The notes beneath the pieces are model-generated. The model did not search any database. It had not been told where the DNA came from and was given only the letters and a program-made list of their open reading frames with translations. DNA of 64,000 nt from Epiperipatus broadwayi (Eukaryota; Animalia; Onychophora): NCBI GenBank assembly GCA_028023455.1, contig JAQFVV010000006.1, forward strand, positions 11,780,001 to 11,844,000, given 5' to 3'. Shown piece after piece: positions 1 through 14,601 of the stretch; the stretch's first letter is position 1, and the number at the start of each line of letters is the position of its first letter. Both the position numbers and the translations under genes were made by a program.

Positions 1-419
1 AATTCTATCTTTACTCTTACTAAACATTTGATTTGAAGTGAAAGTCAAACTAATGTTTTTTTTACAATGGAAAAAAATAAATAAAATGAATATCTTTATG
101 TTTTAGATGATAACTGTTTATATTTCAGTTGGGTTTTTTTTTTTTGTTTAATTTTTAATTTTATTAATTTATAAAAGTTTTATATATTTGTATATTAATG
201 GTTTTAAAAGAAATACCATCAAGTGTAATTTTTTATTATGTTTTTAATTCCATGCATGATTTCTTCTTCACATGAAGTTTATTTGTGAACTGGTTTATAA
301 AGAAATATACAATCAAATGATCTGGTATATCCAAAAAATTCTAATTAAGTTATTATAATTTGAATAATCATCATCATTAGAAACCATAGGCTCAATGCAC
401 ATATGAAGCAATTCTCAGT

Positions 420-1130
420 AATATCCCCTGTAGCATGTTTTTCAAATGTTAATTTTTTTTGTCGTTGTCTGTTTTCTTGTTACCTGCATTTTTCAGTTAG
501 GATATTGACATTGTCTAGTTCATTTTCACCAGTTTGGTTTTTTCTCTTTTTATTTTTTTTCTAAGCACTGTCATCTTTGTTTGGCCTTCATTAAAAGTCT
601 TTGATGTTGGTTTCATTGTTTCTTTATTCTATTCTATTCTCACTATATCATCTGCATATCTTGCAGTTCTTTTGTTTTCCATAAGATTTCACATAGATTT
701 TTCCCAGTCCATATGGTTTAGTACTCAAATGCTTACAGATGCTTTTAGAAGATACTGCCACAATTTTAGAATTATAGTGATAATAGAATTTTCAAATCTA
801 CCAGTTTTCAATGTAGACAAATTTTCTTACAATCTTCAAATCAGAGAGGCAAGCAAAGTTGTTTAAAGTGTTCACAAGACCAAACAATTTATTACATGAC
901 CTTAGCTTATACTTTTGCTATTCATTAGCAAATTTTTTATTATTACCATATTTATATCATCCATGCAAGCCTCAATAATTGGTAGATAGATAAGGTAAGG
1001 TGTAATAAATCTTGATTCAGTATTGTTCTTATCCCCAGATAAGAATCTAGCTTGTGGTTTTCATCAAATAAGCTTAGATTGAAAAAAATAAAAACTTTTT
1101 CCAGTTTGGGTTGGTAGCTTGATAGTGTAA
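420..1130 (-). mobile_element. Degenerate non-LTR retrotransposon reverse-transcriptase fragment (RTE-like)
   Basis: The minus strand at 641-661 reads RYADDIV (YADD catalytic motif). Flanks are frameshifted RT-like sequence. Boundaries approximate. Confidence 0.6.
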
Positions 1131-1149
1131 CAAAAAGTAAAAAAAAACA

Positions 1150-4130
1150 AACAAGCTGTTAGAGGAAGATCCAAATGTACAATTTGAAAAAAATCCAAAA
1201 ACTCCTCTGTGAGAAAAGCTGTTAGCTAGAAACCAGTCTGGAAATATTTGGATAGGATAACACTGGATAAATTTATTAAGAACTACAATCTAGCAGTCAT
1301 ATATTGATTACTAAGATTTGCGTTAATATAAATGAGATGAGAATAAAAGAGTTTGCTAAGTGTTTCCATGCAGGCTATATTGACGCAGATTATTCTGTTG
1401 TTAAAAAAATGGGTAATGGGTAGCACGGTCCGCAATGATTCAAGATACCATCAGATACTTAAATAAATGTTAACACTACTGATGTCATATCTAGTCCATT
1501 ATGAATGATAGCAGCATATGTGTCTCACTGAATACAACTAATTTCAAGTTTTTCCTTAAATTCTTCTATTCTGATTATTAAAAAATTATCACAACTCGGT
1601 ACAAAATTTAGAGTAGCCGATGTCTCTGTTTTCTGAATCAGCTAACGGCCAAACTTTTCCGACTTAATCCTGATTAATGGTGTTGACCACATGTTAATCA
1701 AAGGAATTAGGAATGGGAACAATAATTGAAAATAAACTAATTTTGAACGTACGTTTAGTTCTCTGTTCGAAAGGAAATTTATTTTAATGATAATACTTGA
1801 TTATTATTGATAGTTTTTTATTATTTCCCACCAATTTATTAAACAAAAAAAGATAATCTAGATTTTAGTTTATAATTTTTGTAATTCCAGATGTTAGAAG
1901 TGCGCTAAGAATTTAGTTCTTTATTATGAAGTGGTTCAAGTCACCATTAATTTTTCGCGCTTTCTTATTTTAGTTAGATGGGCAAATTTGAAAAATGCTA
2001 TACAAATTCCACCAAATACTCGGATTTAATATTTAATTGAGTTGTTTTCAATTAACTTGGATAACATTAGTTATGGCTTTATAAAGCCTAAGTTTCTAGA
2101 GCAAAGTACATAAACTGATCAGATTTTGACCCAGCGTTCTATTTTTTGTGTTAGGATTGATGGAAATAAATCATGTTTTTCTATTAAAATTTTTTCGTAT
2201 AACAAAAAATTGTATTGTCTTCTTTCTCATTTGATTTAGTCATCTTCAGATCTATGTAATATTAAGATATGTGTAATAGTTGTATTAATCACTACTATTA
2301 TTCTGAATCATTTAAAATTTCAGCAAATTGTAGAACCTAGATTTTGTGTAATCACATTTTAATTCTTTGTTTGACAACCTTTGATTTTTTTCATGGTACT
2401 GATGGATAACTTAATCTTTATTACAGCTTTTTCCTAGAAATGTTCTTTCATTTTCTAACACTACTACATTCTTGCTGGTTTATTGAGTTTATTTTCCATC
2501 TTCATTTTGGAAATTTTATTCTCCCATGGTAATACCAATATATTTATTAGATCACGGTATAATGAAATGGACATTAGACACTATTCAATTATCTATTAAT
2601 GACCTATTGCATCAGGGATTCTATTAATTTCTCAACCAAACCAATCATTGTTGATTCTGTTCTTTCATAGCAGTAGACAAAACAAAACATTGATTTTGAG
2701 TTCTTTTTTTTAAATACAAAAATACTTGCTAAAGAGATCAATAATTCATATGAAATTAAATTATTTAACAAATGTTTATGGTAATCTGTTTGAGATGATT
2801 CAACAGGACATATTGTGGAGGTGAGAAAAGTATGCAAATAAAATAATGAACTTAGGAAAATATTTGTGTCTGCATCTTAAGAGAATCCTAACTAAAAATT
2901 TCAAAATTCTCACTGGGATATGAAGGACTCATGATTCACTTCAAAAATAAATCCACCGATTCTCTTATCCTGTCAAGGTCTTGGCTGCCCAATTCTACTA
3001 AATTGAGTCACCTTTAAGCTCTGTTAAATGGAAGTTTAAATCCATAATAGAATTCTCAATCCAGTTACAATGTTGGTATATATGATCTATGACCTCTTTA
3101 TATAAAATGTCATATCATCTAATTTCACAGTTAAGAATGTCAGCCTGGCAATGCCAAACTATAACATTCCTCAGTTCAGCTCAAGTAATGTTTTCTAGCT
3201 TTTCTATAGATTTAAAGCATATTTCCATATAAATCTGATATAATAATTTTGCTGAAGAAAATTCGCTCAATCTAGAAATCAAACTGTTCATCACACCTTT
3301 ATGGAAAATCACATTCTATACTTAATACTGACAATGGTGCAAGATTACAAAATATATAAAGGATAATCATTTGACAGATTTTGTTGTGATGAAAATGAAT
3401 TTTCAAATGTATCCAACACTTTCCTAAAAAGTTCAATGTTTCCTACTATATTATAGATAAAAACGATCTGCTCTCGGTCATCTATATGTTTTTCTCAGCG
3501 TTTTCTTTGGATTCCAAGTTATAAAAATATAGGGTTCATGGAACACCATTATCCCTGCATTCATTGCTCCCTGCATTAGTCTTCTCTCTGGATACTTTGC
3601 TGTTTTAGTTAAGAGTTTTGTAGCCCTTGAATATGTTGAAAAACATGATTATCATTTCTAGAGTTGTCATCTATCCTTTTACAATGGTGAAGTTTTTATA
3701 TTCTCGTAAACTTCAGTCCCATGTCGAAGTTGTTAATTTCCTAATTAACGTTATTTAATCTTTTTACATCTAGTGCATCATATCCAATCATTTCAGTTCA
3801 TAACAGTCATAAAAAAGTCTCTTCTTAGCTTTGGAGAATGAAATTTTAACTGCTGCGTTTTAGAATTTTGAGAACCTCCTTATTTTCAAATTAGTTTAGA
3901 CTTGTTGATCCAAATACATTTGCTGCTTATAATCATTATTAGATCTTTGTAAGAAGGCAATGAAAGTCCATGCTTGACATGAATATTTCTATCACAACAT
4001 GATCATTGGAAGAAAAAAAATATTTTTTTGAGATTTAATTTGGAATCATCTAGATTGACATTTTATACTTGTTGGTGTTGAAGAACCTCTGAAATATTAA
4101 ATTCAGTTTTGTTAGCCATAAACCCATTAA
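1150..4130 (-). mobile_element. Heavily decayed long LINE-like tract (possibly L1/Tx1-like)
   Basis: Minus strand is purine-rich and coding-like, with broken RT-like stretches near 2980-3150 (WIENSIMD..., G.Q.L) and a linker-like stretch near 3480-3600. No intact motif. Boundaries approximate. Confidence 0.3.
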
Positions 4131-5159
4131 TAATATAAATTACCATTAGATAAAAGTGAATATATAACTCAGCATCTAATAACAACAGACAAATTTTTGA
4201 TCAACTTTCTTAATAACACTAGGAAATAGTTATTTGATTTAAAATAGTAAGCGCTAAAAAATTTTAAAATGAAACTTTTCTTTTTATTATGGATAAATTC
4301 TTTCTTTTTAATAACTTAAGACCAAATTCGAACCCTAATCTTTCCTATTTTATTATCAAAAATATGAAGAAAAAGTCACTCTGTTAGTCAAATTTTATTC
4401 TGTGTTTTAAATAAGAACTTCTTTATATATATATTTTTTTCATTCTGCGGTAACAATTTTATCAAAAAGGCCTAAGATTTCTTTTAATATTCTCATCTCT
4501 ACGATTTCTATTCATGGGAACAAATATAATTCTTTATTTCTGGCATAGGTCTTTAATTTCTTTATTAGTGGGTTTTTTTAAAATAGTATATATGAATGGA
4601 TTTCTTTTTGAATTATTGAAATTGTGGCAATGGTCATCTTGTGCTTTGGAACTGAAAGAAGTATTAATCACTCCTATATCTTTGTAATTTATGTTTATAT
4701 ATATTTAGAAATTGTGTATAAACCAGACTTATTTTAGTAACAGGTTTAACTTAATCTCATTCATATCTCCAATGGGGTAGTTAATAACAGACCTTTTTCT
4801 CAAAACTACTGAACAGGACTAATGGGAATGTCATTAAAATTTTGTATGTGGCTCTTTGCCGTTAAATAATAATATTTGTTTATTTAAAGAAGCTATTGAA
4901 TAAAATTTATATAGCAACTTTTTGTTCCGATCAATTTCTATTCACCATAACGACATAAGTTATGTATTAATAACTATTACTGGTTTCAATTTTGTTTATA
5001 GTAAATTCTTACATATGTCTTTATTTATAAATAAATGTAGTTTAAAATCACGTAAGCATACACCTGTTCAGACACAAAAACTAGTAAAAGGAAGATTAAG
5101 TTCTAGACATTTTTATTTCGCAATATTTGCAATTTTTTTAAAAAAGATCACTTTATTAA

Positions 5160-5309
<150 letters not shown>

Positions 5310-5468
5310 TAAACTATTGTACTTGATTCACTTTGAAATTAATTCAGAAGAATTTTGTTTGAAATTATACTTGTAGACTTTTGTTATCCATTTTTGTTTG
5401 CTTAGAATATTTTCATTTTAGAGTACAATATTGGGTTTTTTTTTAATATATTGAATAACTTTTTTTAG

Positions 5469-5681
<213 letters not shown>

Positions 5682-7380
5682 TAACTAGATTTTTTTTTTT
5701 GTTCATTATACTCTGTTATATCTTTCACTTCTGGTCATTGTTTTTAATCATTTTAAATTAAAAGTAACTAATAATGTTTTTAGCTATTTGCCTATAGTAT
5801 CAATGCTGATTGGTTTTTGTATTTTCATTTTTCAATAGTTCATGGTTTGCTTAACTTATAGCGAAAATTGGTAATCTTTTTGAATAGCGGTCCTCATGAG
5901 CTACAGCTCATCATAAATCAGGTCATATCATAAAGAAAAATATCACAAATTTAGATTTAAATTGTATATTTTTTGTGGCTAAACTTGGTGGAATGAAAGT
6001 GTGAACAAATAGGGGAGAAATTTCCAAATTTTTAATAGAATGTTGTTGTAAATATGAATTAAATATGCCATACAGAGAGTCATAAATATTCTTATGTGAT
6101 CTGCGGATCAAAGTTACCCATGCCCAGTTTTTAGCATTGTCAAAAATCAATCAAATATCTATTTAAATGGCCACTCAAGTTAAACATGGCTCTGAAGGTG
6201 ACACGAGATCAAATTATTTGTCATTTTTTACTGTTTTCTAGTGATTTATTTAAAATAGTTTTTTTTTTTTTGCCAAATTCTTGTCTTCAAGCATAGATGA
6301 GACACCATTTTATTTTTAAACTATGCAGCATAGATGTAAAACAAAGCAATGTTATTTTTTTTCAAAAAGATTTGGGTACAAATATTACTGTAGGTAGTAG
6401 TTTATCTTCACTCATTCAAAATTTTGCAATCAGAAAACAAAACTAGATGTATAAAACATTCATTTAAATATGAGTGAGTAATTAGCATGCTCTCCTGCTT
6501 TGCCCCTGATCTGGAGTTTAAATCCAGGCAGTGCAGTCTTTCACTTTCTGAAAAGTCGTAAAAATATTTTTCAAATAATTGGCTTATATATTCCAAAATT
6601 GGTTGATTAATAGATATCTAATTACTTTTAGCTAGAAAGTTAAGCAAAGATAGAAAACCACTAAAGAATAACTGGCGATTGGCATGATCGATATTGCTTT
6701 TTTGTTTCTCTTTAGAATTGTAGGAAAGGTTTTTGCTTGCAGGGAATTATTTGAAGAGATTCATATATATGTTAAAACCTATTCGCGGAACATATATGTC
6801 GAATATGTTACTAAGATGATTTACAAGAAAGATTTCTTAAGAATCATTTAAATAAATCTATAAATAATGCCCATCTTTTGTTATATCAATGTCGATGTAT
6901 TTTGTTAGTTAAAATATCATTCTTTGGGAATTTTGCTTATAAATTGTTTTAATAATGTATTCAGACTTGTTTGTTTTATTATATAGTCTCATATGCTTAG
7001 CATTACATATCTGATGAGTTGCAAAATTCTTTATATGCGTATTAAAGTCATTAGCATTTATGTCTAAACTATATGTTGATAAATAGAGGATTTAAAAAAT
7101 TTAAACATATATATATATCATTATTTCATTATCATTTTTATCCGTTGTTATTAACCCATTGTAGGATAGTCTTTCTGAGTTTTTTTTTCAATAGTTCTGA
7201 TTTGCATCCTATACAACATTTTATCGTATTTATGAATGTTTAGTGTTTTAAATAAATTGATATTTATTTTAATTAATTATGATATTTATAGTGCCAAAAA
7301 ATATAAAGATTATTTATTATGAATTAATATGTCGGGTAAAATAAATTAATGCTGAATATTTTTTTTTTTTGTTTCTTTAG

Positions 7381-7605
<225 letters not shown>

Positions 7606-10225
7606 TAAAAATTGAAGTGCAATTTTTTTAAAAAATATTGGATGTTTATGTATAAAGACCTCATGGTATAGAAGTTAATTCATGTCATTGAACTGGTATT
7701 TGAATGTGGCTGGTTGTCAGGCTTATAAGTTTTTAAGTTGTTGGTTGATATCGGACTCTTTTTAACTGAAAAGTAAAACAGGATGGAAATTTTCAATCCC
7801 TTTGCATCCAACAGCTGGGAAACTTCATGGCCAATGTGTTTTTCTTCTTCTGTTTCTGCCTGGTAGGATTATCGAAAAAGTTTTTATCCACAAATTGACT
7901 ATTTAAAGCCAATTAACTCCTAGGATTGTGAAGTATTTACGAAACCATCTGCTAAATGTTATTTGATCAGCCGAAGAGAAAAATTTCTCCTTCTTAGAAA
8001 TACAGTTGGATTAATTGTTGATATTTTCCCCAAATAATTCCATACTAATCAATAAATATTATAAGCAGTATATGTCACTTTTATATTAATTTAAAATAAT
8101 GCAAGAAAATTAAATTATATAAAATATATTATCTGTATTTCATGTTCAGTATGTTATGAAGTTAAAATGAGCAATTATTTTATAAAAAACATGTTACCAA
8201 TTATTGAATTAATGCCTTTGTTTTTTTTTATATGGCATAGATGCATATTTTGTCATTATTTATATAATTTTATTAAAATAAGACACATGAAAAAAAAAAA
8301 AGTCTTTAATATTGAAATTTTACACATTATAAGGCAAATATTAAAAATAATCTTTTTAACAATAGCCCAATGCAAGGCAAAAGTATTTCTGGCAATCATT
8401 CATAGATAAACAATTAAAAACAGGCTGTATTTACAAGGCTTGCCGATTTCCAGATCATGGAGATTTGAGTGGTTTTCTGTCCTTATTCTATCCTTTAATA
8501 AGGATTTCTAGATACCCATTTACCAACCAGCAGCAAATGATGGGTTAATTGGATTGGTTGTGAATTAAATAACTGATTGAAAAATCCTACATCTTTTGAA
8601 AAAAATATTTCATTTGGCCCAATTTTGAATTCCAGGTCATAGGTATTGCAATCAGATGTGCTATTTTTGCACTATGGAAGTGAGAAGAAAGAGAAATTAT
8701 AAAAATTTAAGAAGAGATTAAAATATCTTAGATGTATTTAGAAACAAATGTTGATAATGAATATAAGATAGAAATCTAAAGAAGCACAAACAATATATAT
8801 ATAATTGATACCAATTTGATAAAATAATTTATACTTTAAAAGATTTTGATATTGATCCAATTTCAGCATAAATTAAATTAGGAGATATTGAATTTAAAGA
8901 GGTCATTGGATAAGGAAATTATGTTTTTAATAATTCAGATATTAGAGATAATACTTACAAAGGTGTCCAACACAGAATGAATGATTAAGGCAACTTTATA
9001 AAAGATTTAAAAAATAATTTTGTTAATGTAAAAAAAAGTGTAAATGGAATTAAGATGGGTATAAACAAGAAAATTAAGAAGTAGCAAGATTGGTAAAAAG
9101 ATTTGCCAAGTATTATTAAGAAGTTTATTTTAAAGCAGATTAAACCAGATACAAATTTGAATGAAGATGTATATGTTGGCTAAGATAAATGGAAAGATTT
9201 AGTAAACTTCAACACCAATTAATGAGTCAAGAAAGACTTAAATATCTAAATTAAGTATAGCAAATCTGGCTGAATACAATTTAGGTGCGATTATGCAAAA
9301 TATATCTAATGTGAATGTCATTGTGAAGTTTTTAAAAATATATATATTTTCAGCTGAGGTAGGTGAAAATCAAATGGAACATTGAGAATAATTAATTTGG
9401 TATAATATTTGAATGAAGAAGGAAGACTGATTGTAGCTGGAAGTCATTTGACTCATCTTGCTAAAGATTGGTGGAATGTTTTTTATTCAATAAACTGATA
9501 ATTTATTGAGATTACAAGCATTTGTTGTGAACAGACTTCTGGAATGAAGACTGACAATGTATTATTTGATATCGAATATATCAAGATAGATCTCATCGTG
9601 GATATTGAGAAATCATTTGTCTCGTGCTTCTAAAAACTGATGGAATTTTTTTGTATTCATTATGTCTGTAACTTAAGGAGATTACATGCATTTATTGTTA
9701 TTAAACTTCTAGAGTGAAGGTCATCCGTATATTGTATGATATTAAATATTTCAAGAAGATCCTAATATGGCTAGAAAGAAATCAAGTCATATGTCACATG
9801 ATCTAACATCCTAATACGGATCTGGAGAAAATCCTTAGTTTTTCAATTGATAGATTTTACATTTTAAGAAACCTTTGATACACACATTTATATTTAAAAC
9901 TTTTCATAGTAGATAATAAAACAAAAATGAAGAATCACTCAAAGCTTTGTGAGTAATGCTTTTTTTTTCATTACATCTCCACCAGGGGTTGATAAAAAAA
10001 ATCACTGTGGCATATAATCATTGATATTACTCGGTATTGATTTATTATGATTTGTTGTATTTTAATGTTTGATTCTCTATTAAAATTGCAATAATAAATG
10101 CTAATTTTTTAAAAATAAAATTAAGAAATATTATATTTTCAGATATGGACTTTTGAATTAAGGGTTCTGGCTCGCTGATATAAAGACGAGCATCAGCATG
10201 TAGTATATTTTTATTTTTTTATTAG

Positions 10226-10348
<123 letters not shown>

Positions 10349-10564
10349 TAACAATTTTCTTTATAATACAAATAATAAGTATTAGCCTTTTAAAAGATGT
10401 TCTGTTGATGTTAAGCATTTCGCATTCATTTCTAATAATGATGTATGCAACTGCTAGCTAGTTGTTTGTTTTTTATTGATCACTAAGATGTATCCCATCC
10501 TACCCTTCATTTTAAAATTGAAGTTTATTATTTTTTCAACCATAAAATATCTTTCTTTTCAAAA

Positions 10565-10811
10565 ATATTACCAAATTCACCACTTCCTTTATTTTGCTAT
10601 AATATCTTATATAAATGCAATTTATCCGCCCTACTTTTGAACACTTATTAGCACAACTCTTTATTGTACATATATGCATACACAATCTTTCGTTTCGACT
10701 AACTGCTCTGAAGAAGACTGCAGGACAGTCGAAACATAAGATTGTGTATGCATATGTGTTACAATAAAGTGTTTTTCTAAAAAGTATTCTAAGTAGAGTG
10801 GATAAATTGCA
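10565..10811 (+). repeat. Repeat family B copy with internal inversion and hammerhead-like core (Penelope pLTR or retrozyme-like)
   Basis: 10565-10700 is a direct match to 23556-23700. About 10617-10700 is an imperfect inverted repeat of 10726-10811. Core CTGAAGA-A-GACTG-CAGGA-CAGTC-GAAAC at 10708-10735. Confidence 0.7.
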
Positions 10812-11312
10812 CTTATCCTCTTTCTCCCTATTAGAAAATTAATTGCAACTAATGATCGATTATTTATTTCACATCTCCATTTTATATTGTGTATTTTTTT
10901 TGGCACATGCAAAATGAATTCAGAACTGTAATGTTTTATTTAGATCTATGATTTTCATTTAATACATGTTCATGTCTTTCATAATATTTTTTCAAAATAT
11001 AAAAACCAACTTAAAAAATGAAGATGATCTGATAAATTTGCTACTAGCCAATATGCTCTGTTTTATAAATATAATATCTTACGCAATTTTAGAGCAGTAT
11101 TAGATTGATGGAGTTGAGATATAATATAAAATCTCAAATTGATCATATCAATGGAATTGTTTTGTGGTCATGTGTGAGCTCAAATTATGCATAATCTCTT
11201 GAATAAACAGAGCATAGAATAATTTATTAAAGTAGTTTTTGATAAAACAATAAGCCTTTCTAGCTGATGAAACAACATTTTTAAGGAACTTGTCCAGTGG
11301 TTGCAGTCCAAA

Positions 11313-11356
11313 CTTCTGATTGATGAAAGTCATAAGATAGAAACTAGCTTGGAGAT
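11313..11356 (+). repeat. Repeat family A remnant with degenerate hammerhead-like core
   Basis: cttctga-TTGATGA-aagtcataagata-GAAACTAGCT-tggagat aligns position for position with 22032-22075, 38069-38112 (minus) and 38632-38675. Confidence 0.6.
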
Positions 11357-14257
11357 GCGGATAGGATAGAATTTGATATGGATTTAAAGAGTACTAACAT
11401 GGCAGCACTAGAGTAGAGTGGAGGAGAGATTTACGCCTGAAACTAATAATAGCAGTTATAATAATGCCTACCTAGTTTTAATATCGATGTTGATAAAGTT
11501 GTACTCATCAATATTTGAATAGGAAACAGTTACAAATTTAATGTATAATCATTTTCTATAGTTAATATTTTTAAGAGATTAACTTGTAGCACAGGAAATA
11601 GTATTATTGTCTCGTGTTGCCAAAGTATTTTACTTATTTTATAGTATTTTGAATGGATTAGGATGAAAATATTATTTGGTCACATACCAAAGTCTCCCAA
11701 TAAATTTAGACATCTTATTGTTTCATACCACCAAAGCATTATTATTTTATTGTATTTTGAAAGGATTGGGGTGAAAATATTGTTCGTGTGGAATTTGTTC
11801 CTGAAAAAGTATTGTGTGAGTTGATGGTATTTGATGTTTTGAATGTGTGAAAGGTATAAATATACATCGCCTGGGTAGTATTTTATTGATTATAATTGAA
11901 TGTAATGCTCATAACTGAATAAATTACATGTGTAACAAAGCTTAAACTCGTAAGTTTAATAATTAGTTCTGAAAGTGCTGAATTGCGCAACTTCTATATA
12001 AAACAAAAAAATCTACTTGTTTTATATTAATCAGTTTATCCAGTCAATATTTTAATATTTATATTTTTTTATAGAACATTTTAATAGTGTGTAGTTCAAA
12101 ATTTTGTAATCAGTGAATGTTAAATTAATTTATTACTTGTTTACTTACATTTAACACCCAGATTAAGGTAACTAAGATTTTAATGTGTCTAATTATTGTC
12201 AATAATTATTTTTTTGTAATAGTCCTTATTATTAATGATGTTTTGTTAGCTATAATTACTATCATTAATCATTTTGTTTTTAAATATTATTGCCAACTAT
12301 TTTTGACATAAATGTTGTTAGTAACTACTTATTTATAAATGTTTTACTAAACAACTACATGTATATGGGAATTGGTATTAATGACTATTTATTAATGTGG
12401 GATGCTGAATTCAGCTAGTAACAGGACCCACAGACAGTGATTAAGAGAATGACATTCAGACATGGCAGTTAATTGCAAGTAATCATATAAGCACTGCCTT
12501 AGCGAGTATATCTCCTGCTCTTTTGTAGAATATGATCTTGATTTGACTAAAAGTATATGGATGTGGGCTGTTTCTCACTTTTCTCCATTTTTTTATTTAT
12601 TACGTTTTCATTCACTGAAATTAGTACCAGATGCCATGGACATTTTATGCTATTGATTATCTTCCTGTGCTATCTGGATAATGGAATTGTGTTTGTGTAA
12701 TCATATTTCCATACTATCATTTAGATGCACAACAAATATGACTCCAATTTTTCTGTCTATTTAGTACTAGAAATTTATTATTAATATCATAAAGCGATCA
12801 CATTTTTGAATAATTAATATTTCAATGCTCTTATGACAAATATTATCAAGTATATGTACATTTTTTTTATGCAAATTTATTATAAGAAATTTCACAGAGT
12901 TCATTTGAAATTTTTTTTCAAATCGTATTTGTAAACAAAATTCTAAATCAATTCATATATATATATATTTAAATAAATAGTTATTTTTTCTTTTTCATTT
13001 TGAAAAAGGAAAAAAAAAGAATATCAAATTAAATCTTGAAGAAATTATTTTGGTCAGTTTCATGTAATAATAATTAGTATTTTGCTTGTTATTTTATAAG
13101 ATTTTTTTTTTTAAATATATGTAATATGTATTCCTTGATAAGTATATATGAATGAAAAAGTGGAGTACCATTTTTTTAAAAGTAAAATGAGTCGCTAGTT
13201 TCCTTGCATCTATAATTTTTATATCCATAATTGCAAGTATTTGCGGTTCATGTTTTTTAAATTTTAATTTTTGAATTCACAGTCAAGTTTTGGTTTATGT
13301 ATTTGCAAAATATCACAATTCTAATGGTAACGATGAGTGGACTTTTTATCTTTTCATTATAAACGTAAAAATTTATATAAACATTTATTTTACTATAAAT
13401 AGTTTGTATATATAAATACTTCCTGGAAAGTAATATAAATTTATGAATAAAGATATATATCTTTAGAATACAGTATGTGTTTGTCTTTATATAAATATAA
13501 CATTTTTATTCAATTGTAATTAAAATTGCTAATGAAAACAATAATTTTTATTCATTAATTACTTCCCCCACCCCCTTTATATATTTATTTAAAATTCAAG
13601 TTAAGTCTTTTCAGTGTTGTATTTCTTCTTTTCATTTATCATTTCAATATAATTTTTTAAAAGTGTAAAAGATTTTGAAAAATTATTATTTTTTTCTTCC
13701 ATTTAATTGATTATGAATTAAATAAATCTATTGATTAGAAAAATAATCAAATAGATATTTCATTGCAATTAGACGTATGGATTTCTCTCCATTTTTATGA
13801 TAATTGTCCACAAGTAAAATAAATAAATAAAATACAAAGAAATGAGAAAATAATAAATTTTTTTTAATTTTTTGTACTTTAATTTTATCATTCATCATGC
13901 ATACACAGTATTCAAAAACACATGTGTATTTTAAAAACCATTTTATATAATATGGTTCGTTGTTATCTTCAAATTTTGGTATCTGCAAAATAGTTTGGCA
14001 CCAAATCTCTTGGATAGGACTTTATTCATATATAGGTATTTACACTGAATTTTTTAAAAAATTATTTTAAATGTTATACTAATTTATTCACTAAAAAATG
14101 TTTATAAAGTCTATATATTTGTTGAAAACATCTGTACTACATATTGATGTGTTAAAAACACATGAATTTAAGTTTCCTCACCTCGGCTTGAAGCCAAATT
14201 TTACATGTATGGGAAGTCTACTGTATTTATATTTTCTTATATTATTTTTATCTCTAG

Positions 14258-14521
<264 letters not shown>

Positions 14522-14538
14522 TAATTTCTATTCCATAG

Positions 14539-14601
14539 GATTCTGTTACAGTGCATACCAAAATTCGGCCTAAAGATGTGCCAGGCACATTGCTCAATAT
14601 G
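14539..14601 (+). CDS. Nf1: Neurofibromin exon 6
   Basis: ccatag/gtaaat. DSVTVHTKIRPKDVPGTLLNM. Confidence 0.96.

Noticed and set aside
4250-5000. Possible Penelope RT remnant on the minus strand (FNGK..., S.S.VL)
   Set aside because: Only a faint echo of the FNG..Y.Q..G..MGSP motif, with no YVDD or GIY-YIG recoverable.
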